A stretch of DNA of 64,000 nt, taken from positions 96,001-160,000 of the forward strand of contig JANRKO010000039.1 in NCBI GenBank assembly GCA_033763455.1. Reading direction: 5' to 3'. The notes beneath the pieces were generated by a model. It searched no databases and was not told where the DNA came from. It saw nothing but the letters and a program-made list of their open reading frames with translations. The stretch is from Polyangiaceae bacterium (GTDB taxonomy: Bacteria; Myxococcota_A; Polyangia; Polyangiales; Polyangiaceae). Positions 59,001-64,000 of the stretch are shown in pieces (positions within the stretch are counted from its first letter, which is position 1; each line of letters begins with the position of its first letter). The translations under genes and the position numbers were made by a program.

Positions 59001-60221
59001 GGGGTTGCCATCCACGCGGATTGTCCCCGGCAACTGGGCTCGAAGCTCCAGCCGATGCTCGCGCTTCACGCTCCCGGAGAGCACGTCCTTAACCGTGTAC
59101 CCGTGTCCGTCAAAGTCTAACCACAGGTCTCGTACGAGGTTGATTTGGTTGGGTGGCGGCTCCGCGTTACCTCGACGTAAGGTAGAAAACGTGAGCGCGT
59201 CGTTAGCTCGCAACTCAAACGCAGCGAGATTTTTCCAGCTTTCGTCAAGCCCCGTGCGCGCTGGGTCAATTTCCCGGGCGCCCACGATGGCCACTTCTCT
59301 GAGTTCGGAAGAGGGCGCCCAAACCCATATTTCGGTGGCTGGCCACGGCTCCGGGCGGGGCTGCAGGAGGATGCGCTCCGGGGCACCTTCTGCTCGCGCC
59401 TGCACCTCGACCGTGTGCGTTCCGGCGCGGAGTTGCACCACTAGTTCACCGGACGTTTCGAGCCGCGCAGGCAATTCAGAAGTCAACGCAAGCGGAACCG
59501 TCTTTGGCAACAAAACGTTCCCGAGCGGCGCCTCACGCGCTCGCCCCGAAGCTCGCAGCACCAGGCGTGTCGTGATACGCAGGGGAACTCCGTCGTCGAT
59601 GCGACGGAATACTTCCATTGAGAGTGAGTCTGTAGCGGCCCCCTCTGAGGCAGCGCTCGCTCCAAGCCACAAGCGCCCGTCACCTTCGCGTCGCGGAGCT
59701 AGCACCCGCTTACCTTCCACCGTGAGTGCCACAACACCGGTTCGCGCGCCGATAGCCAGCGTTTCCGGCATCTCATTCCAGGAGAATTCGCCCTCGATGC
59801 GATGATTGCCAGGAGTGAGCCAAGTGGTTGGTTCGCCCCCCTCCGCCAACACCACCACATCCTTGCCATCCAACTTAACGGCTTCAGGCCAAACGCCGTC
59901 GGCTCCAGGCAGCGTCACAGGCGCCAAAGCATCGGTGCGAACGTAGAGCACAAACCGTCCTTGTTTGGCGCCCACTTCAAGCTCCAAGAACCCAGGCCAG
60001 ACGCAGCTCCGTTCCTGATCAGAACCCAGGACGCACTCTCTCTCCCCCTGATCCCAGAGCACCCACGGGACCCAATCCCGAAGCTCGGGTGGCACCTCTG
60101 CCAGGCTGAGGGGTCTCTTCTCAACGCCTGTGTCGGCGTGGCTGAACGGGGCAAACACGAGCGTGGCGAGCGCAACGACAATGCCCAAAGCAAACCTTAA
60201 CATCCCAAACATGACACCCAT
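56022..60221 (-). CDS. Large multi-domain membrane protein of unknown function
   Basis: 1399-aa ORF with a signal peptide and two beta-rich soluble regions, each followed by a TM bundle. Confidence 0.8.
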   Translation of the reverse strand: MGVMFGMLRFALGIVVALATLVFAPFSHADTGVEKRPLSLAEVPPELRDWVPWVLWDQGERECVLGSDQERSCVWPGFLELEVGAKQGRFVLYVRTDALAPVTLPGADGVWPEAVKLDGKDVVVLAEGGEPTTWLTPGNHRIEGEFSWNEMPETLAIGARTGVVALTVEGKRVLAPRREGDGRLWLGASAASEGAATDSLSMEVFRRIDDGVPLRITTRLVLRASGRAREAPLGNVLLPKTVPLALTSELPARLETSGELVVQLRAGTHTVEVQARAEGAPERILLQPRPEPWPATEIWVWAPSSELREVAIVGAREIDPARTGLDESWKNLAAFELRANDALTFSTLRRGNAEPPPNQINLVRDLWLDFDGHGYTVKDVLSGSVKREHRLELRAQLPGTIRVDGNPELVTSLVSAGPGGVELRNSILNLEAEFRLPRAIKLPANGWSEDVQSLSASLHLPPGWLFFGASGVDSAPSSWLSSWDLFAIFYLLLVTLAALKLGGRGLALLGFTTLVAAHGESDAPFWIWAALLVVVALRKATVPPFLRPLLIAVSLVVAGAWVVLAVPFAATHLRAAVHPLLVNGGNSSEGASSWSTLGGAREKRAPVPQAVAPLEQADEKEVAADAAPEPPKGQADNVSSRWASKSKAGYSYQNLAQDPKAVVQTGPGVPHWSWNTESLIWNGPVAREHQFRLWLLPPWCVRLLEVLRVLGVVGFGLLLAKLAWWRSRSTGNTEQRPGTPPPESPSQVLITSILIGAMLAVLGYSTHANAESSKSPAAEVTDERLSELARRLTLSPACTNCLSVSRAEVKITGSTLTIVLDVHAGAATRLRLPGPVVAWVPENVALGSDAHAPVALEGGVLVARIPAGRQQVVMKGPLLVNDLALELADKPQRVVVTAPGWDVSGVGRDGRLEGAVTFTRRDRGTSAAAGSEAGTPSLPPWLTLTREVELGVSWVVRSRLVRETSTDLPVLVRVPLLLGERVTVADVPVEGGSVLASLPRGQTELVWTSTLEPRDRLLLSAAVGTNYAEVWSLDCGFVWHCKATGLAPVRHDLEQRWRPLWRPFAGEKIEIAVSRPLPVPGTSKTIEGATLTITPGERLTRSSLTFQVRSSSGGTQRVTLPKGAVLQELTVAGEARASRLEGGAVAIGLSPGLSEVRLAWQEPQGISTFWQASEVVLEGGAANVVVIAEPNQERWLLALAGPDFGPSVLFWGYLAVVCLAAFVLGHLPGSRLRRLEWLGLALGLTQIPAPLAVLVPAWFFAFAWFERVGLRARWWRRLIIMGLVIATLVMLGTLGTAVYSGLVVVPDMQVEGAGSTAARLVWYTDRSPASLPTPMVVGTSIWVWRGLMLVWSLWLASRLLGWLRWGWLVLLTPPLPEPLPEPLPEPVSPSVPEVPEEAV
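56064..56099. repeat. 12-bp tandem repeat x3 (encodes LPEP x3)
   Basis: GGGTTCCGGCAA x3. Confidence 0.9.
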
Positions 60222-60277
60222 GCTCGCCTGGGATTGGGTTCAGTGCTACCGGCAAGCCCAGCCCGTCGATTCGTGAC

Positions 60278-60763
60278 TTGATCCCCCAACGACCGAGCTT
60301 TCCCCCAGCCAGATTTGCGTTTAGGCTGGGCAAACTCGTGCGCTGGGCTCGCTTCCTCTCTTCACCGTTGCTTCCGGATCTTGGTCTGCTGACGATTCGA
60401 TTGTGGTTCGGACTCGCGCTCGCCTTTGGACACGGCTTGAGCAAGGTGCTCGACGTCGGTGGGTTTGCCGCGGGTGTTGGTCGCCGTGGGATCCCATTGC
60501 CGGAGATTTTGGGACCCGCCGCGGCGGCTAGCGAATTGCTCGGGGGTCTGTTGCTGGCAATTGGACTCTTTGCGCGCCCGTCAGCATTTTTCGTAGTGGT
60601 TACCATGTTGGTCGCGGCACTGTTTGTTCACGCTGGCGATCCATTCGCCAAAAAAGAGCTCGCCCTTTGCTATGCGATGGCAGCGCTTGCTCTCCTCCTG
60701 AGCGGTGCTGGCCGCTTCAGTGTCGACGCGTGGTGGAGCAACAAGCGCGCGAGCGCCGATTGA
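60278..60763 (+). CDS. DoxX family membrane protein
   Basis: RLWFG..HGLSK, ELLGGLLLAIG and GAGRFSVD; start uncertain. Confidence 0.85.
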   Translation: MIPQRPSFPPARFAFRLGKLVRWARFLSSPLLPDLGLLTIRLWFGLALAFGHGLSKVLDVGGFAAGVGRRGIPLPEILGPAAAASELLGGLLLAIGLFARPSAFFVVVTMLVAALFVHAGDPFAKKELALCYAMAALALLLSGAGRFSVDAWWSNKRASAD

Positions 60764-60791
60764 ACATTTTCTAAGGAGCGCTTCAGCCTAG

Positions 60792-61574
60792 CTAACGCTG
60801 TAACAGTTGCTGAAAAGTGCCCTTATGGAGCATCGCGAAGACGTCCATGCTCCAGGCTATGCCGCAGTGCACGAAGACGCCGCCGTAGATAGAGCGTGTT
60901 CGCAGAGCAATCGTGCCGAGGGCGGTCCCCGCGATGATGGATCCGAAACACTCCGCAGCCGGTTTTCCGAAATGGATCATGGCGTACGGCACCACCATCA
61001 CGAAGATCGCAAGCGAGCCGATATAGCGAGCCAGTGCAAACAGTGCGAAGCCGCGGAAGAAGAATTCTAGCAAGAAGAACTGAAGGCCATAGGCCGCCTC
61101 CCACACAAAGAAGACACCCCAAGATTCGCCAGCGCCGGCAAACTTTGGGTAGGTCTTGAGGAATGCGGGCGTAGACGAGACCAAATATGCGAGCGGCAGC
61201 ACCACGAGGAACATGGCGAGATACAGGCCCCAAATTCGGGCGCTGTGTCTCAGAGTCAACCCAAAATCAACTACATTTTCCCTAAGCACTAACTTGATAC
61301 ACACCACGGGAATCAGCAGATAGTTAACAACTTTGAAGAGTGCCCAGTAGAGGCTCGGGTAGAGTTCAGGCGTGGGCAGCCTTTGAAGAAAATCTTGTAC
61401 GCCCGGGAGGTTGGCGACACTGGTAGGCTTACCCCAGAAGTGTGCAACTACCAGAGAAATGGCGACTGCTATTAGCACTGCGACAGGCTTGAGGCTCGGC
61501 AGCGATTCCTTCCGGTGTTCGCGGTCCACCAACGCCCATTGGTCAACCGTTAATCGTTTTAGCAAACTCAACAT
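60792..61574 (-). CDS. CPBP (CAAX/Abi) family intramembrane protease
   Basis: LEFFFRG, YAMIHFGKP and RTRSIYGGVFVH motifs. Confidence 0.88.
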   Translation of the reverse strand: MLSLLKRLTVDQWALVDREHRKESLPSLKPVAVLIAVAISLVVAHFWGKPTSVANLPGVQDFLQRLPTPELYPSLYWALFKVVNYLLIPVVCIKLVLRENVVDFGLTLRHSARIWGLYLAMFLVVLPLAYLVSSTPAFLKTYPKFAGAGESWGVFFVWEAAYGLQFFLLEFFFRGFALFALARYIGSLAIFVMVVPYAMIHFGKPAAECFGSIIAGTALGTIALRTRSIYGGVFVHCGIAWSMDVFAMLHKGTFQQLLQR

Positions 61575-61617
61575 CTGTGCGTTCTGTGATGCCAAAGTTG
61601 GCCCACAAAAACAAACA

Positions 61618-62553
61618 CTACGGCGGAACGCGCCCTGCACGAGGGGCACCTTCGAACCAACGCTGAACAAAGCGCAGGATTTTCCACTGCTCAGGCCTAA
61701 GGAAGCAAAGAAACGCGACCCCCGACAACGGGTACGCGAAGGCTATCGCCATCAGCGCCAGGATCCCCCAGTGAAATAGCCACACGCCCAGTGCCCAGCA
61801 CCGAGCGACGCGAGGGCCAAAAAGAGCGAGCGGCGCGGCGAGCTCAAGAAAAAGCGAAATACCCGCGAGCGGACTGAAGACGGAACGCCAAGGCGCAAGC
61901 CAAGCACCGAGCGGCGAATGCCAACTCCCGAGCTCGATTTTGCGAAGGTTGTCGAACGCCACCTGGTTCTGGAGAACTTCCCCACTGGCCCAGCCCAACC
62001 CGGAAGCACGCACTTTGGCTACCCCGGCTAACAAGTAGACTGCCACGGTGACCGCGGACAAAGCGCGGATCCCCCAACCGTACCGCCCGTGGTCGGTAGG
62101 GTGCTCGCGTTGTGCTAAACGAGCATCGAGTGAAAGGCTGCTCGCAGCTGGGGTGAGACTCAAGAGCAGGACGTGCAGGGTCATCAGATTCTCTGAGTGA
62201 AACAACATCCCCCAGGAGTTTCTGTAGCTCGTGGTCCAGAGCAGCGAGACGGCATATGCCGGGCCCAGCCAACGAAAGCGCCAGCCCAGGCAAAAAGCTG
62301 CGCCCAAAATAACCGTCAGCGCAAACGCCACCGCGCAGGCAAGTGGTGGCAGTGGCAAAGAGAGGATCACGACGGGCCCCACAGGAGCGAAGCGCTCTTT
62401 TGGGTAGCTTGAGACGACGAGAAAATTCGGCGACCAGATCAAGAGGTATACGAGGGAATAGACCCCCGCTAGCAGGCGCAAGTAGCCCAAACGGAGCGCT
62501 GGCAGCGGCGCGTACCAGTAGCGATCAATGCCGCTTAGCAGTTGGCGCATCAT
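61618..62553 (-). CDS. HTTM-domain-like membrane protein
   Basis: LGYLRL, SLSLDA, YLLAGVAK..W..G, LELAAPL and FHWGI..LM.I.F. Confidence 0.75.
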   Translation of the reverse strand: MMRQLLSGIDRYWYAPLPALRLGYLRLLAGVYSLVYLLIWSPNFLVVSSYPKERFAPVGPVVILSLPLPPLACAVAFALTVILGAAFCLGWRFRWLGPAYAVSLLWTTSYRNSWGMLFHSENLMTLHVLLLSLTPAASSLSLDARLAQREHPTDHGRYGWGIRALSAVTVAVYLLAGVAKVRASGLGWASGEVLQNQVAFDNLRKIELGSWHSPLGAWLAPWRSVFSPLAGISLFLELAAPLALFGPRVARCWALGVWLFHWGILALMAIAFAYPLSGVAFLCFLRPEQWKILRFVQRWFEGAPRAGRVPP

Positions 62554-62993
62554 TGGGCTCGAGGGACACCACAGCGGGTTAGCATCTGTTCCTGAAGAGG
62601 TTTCGGCCCTAGGGCAAAGTACGCCACGGGATCATACTGGACAGCGACGAGCTCAACGGCAGTGAGATGCCGCCAGCTTGGATCCTGACTCGCACGAACG
62701 GCCACTTCGCGACATAACCCCTGCATGGCAGATTCCCCTTGATTCACACTCCTGCTGATAGTGCTGGCGGCTTGCATCACCTCGGGTCCTCCAACGACAA
62801 GGCTTGGAGGCAAGGCAACTCTATTTGCCTGAGATACCCCGACGAACTTATAGATCCAAGGATCTTCACGCTTCTTGGAAAACATGGGGTACGTCGAAAG
62901 CGGGTAGGAGTCTTTGGGCTCTTTTGACGCTGCGGGAGAGAGAACAATCGCAACGGCACCCAAGCCCACCACATAGGCCAAAAAGCGAGACAC
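62550..62993 (-). CDS. Small membrane-anchored partner of the HTTM protein
   Basis: GTG 62993 with a GAGGGG RBS, N-terminal TM helix and DSYPLSTYPMFS; ATGA overlap with the HTTM gene. Confidence 0.65.
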   Translation of the reverse strand: MSRFLAYVVGLGAVAIVLSPAASKEPKDSYPLSTYPMFSKKREDPWIYKFVGVSQANRVALPPSLVVGGPEVMQAASTISRSVNQGESAMQGLCREVAVRASQDPSWRHLTAVELVAVQYDPVAYFALGPKPLQEQMLTRCGVPRAQ

Positions 62994-62997
62994 GAGC

Positions 62998-64000
62998 TTA
63001 ACTCCCCTCAAACAGGCCAAGGGCTGCACCGTGCCCGATAGCGGCCCATGCATGTTGCACGTAGTCGATACGGATGCCGGGAGAAGCCAGGTGTCGCGAA
63101 AAGCCCCCAAGAGCTGCCACTGGCTGAGCGCAGGCAAAGCAGTTGTCGTCATTCCACTGGGTCATCACCAGAAATCCAAGCACCTGCCGCATCAGCGCCA
63201 GATCGGCATCTACAGGTTCCTTCCTAACGCGTTTAATAGCGATTGCCGCGGCAAGCGCCTCGCCGAGGCCTGCGGTCGCCGTAGTGTGTGGCAAGGAGAG
63301 TGTCCCAATGCCGTATCCGCCTTCGAGCCCAGCGTCGACGTCGCCAGCCGCGAGCACCAGCCGCGACTTGAACCTCACGTAATCAAGGCAGAAACGCTCG
63401 TAGCCGTCATTCCGGTGCACGGTTAGTGCGGCGCGCGCCGCCAAACAATGCCAATTTTCCTCAAGAAAGAAGAAGTTCCGCAGCGGATGCGCCCAATACT
63501 TCTGGCTCACATAGTCAAGCGCTCGGCCCACGGCTTCCTGCACTTTTGGGAGCTGCGGGAAACCGACAAGAGCTTCGGTAGATCGTTGCTCGCCTATGAG
63601 TAGTTGCTCGAGCCACACGAGCGCGAGTACGGCTTGCCCTTCGGCGTAAAGAGCCTTGGCGCCGCGAAGCGGCTCACCGCGCGTCACATCCATACCAGGC
63701 GCGAAAGAGCCATCGCTTTGCTGAACATGGAGCAGCGCCCTAGCAAGCCGAGCGATGGTGCGGTCGAACTGTCGACCCACCAGTGGTCGACAGCGAAGAA
63801 ATGCCGCCAAGGGTAGCGCCAAATTGTTAAGCGACGCTTGGGCGGTGCCTGGCGTCGGCAATGCCGTCATGTCTCGAATATCCGTTGCGTAAGCCACCAA
63901 ATAGGCGAGCGCCTTTTTCGCAATCTCTGATGCTAAAACGTCAGTGCCTCCCAACTCGCAGAAGGCCAGCGTGGTCCCGGCGTGGCGCGCTACAGAGCGT
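62998..64000 (-). CDS. Alpha/alpha-toroid-like protein (partial, 5' end outside the window)
   Basis: Frame stays open to the right edge (..SVARHAGTTLAF..); QQSDGSF, YAEGQA.LAL and RIDYVQHA motifs. Confidence 0.65.
   Translation of the reverse strand, partial: RSVARHAGTTLAFCELGGTDVLASEIAKKALAYLVAYATDIRDMTALPTPGTAQASLNNLALPLAAFLRCRPLVGRQFDRTIARLARALLHVQQSDGSFAPGMDVTRGEPLRGAKALYAEGQAVLALVWLEQLLIGEQRSTEALVGFPQLPKVQEAVGRALDYVSQKYWAHPLRNFFFLEENWHCLAARAALTVHRNDGYERFCLDYVRFKSRLVLAAGDVDAGLEGGYGIGTLSLPHTTATAGLGEALAAAIAIKRVRKEPVDADLALMRQVLGFLVMTQWNDDNCFACAQPVAALGGFSRHLASPGIRIDYVQHAWAAIGHGAALGLFEGS

Overview
GC-rich bacterial chromosomal window, most consistent with a myxobacterium (Myxococcota, probably Polyangia-like), inferred from mglBA, a TIGR02266-type PilZ protein, Cys-rich lipoproteins and three DUF1592+DUF1552 gene pairs. 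Core-type genes include mglB/mglA, RNase E/G, yggS, rarA, hpt, comEC and a CdaA-YbbR fusion. I saw no CRISPR array, rRNA or tRNA. Four things stand out. (1) A guanidine-utilisation operon (ABC transporter plus GdmH-type guanidine hydrolase) in which the usual HypA/HypB-like nickel chaperones are absent and a translationally coupled degenerate-CbiX/DUF362 fusion follows instead; its leader has no recognisable guanidine riboswitch but has a repeated motif and an RBS-sequestering hairpin. (2) An ECF sigma/FecR-type cluster with three exact copies of a bipartite promoter-like motif (minus strand CGTAGCCGAT-N11-GGCGACTAACCA) upstream of the sigma operon, the anti-sigma gene and a DUF1592-DUF1552 pair. 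(3) An orphan Hcp with an N-terminal export signal. (4) Several orphan or degenerate signalling and secretion parts (SctQ/FliN, a His-less kinase, a P460-like cytochrome), a TA/IS21 scar and a DnaA-box cluster. All family calls come from recognising motifs by eye, not from database searches.
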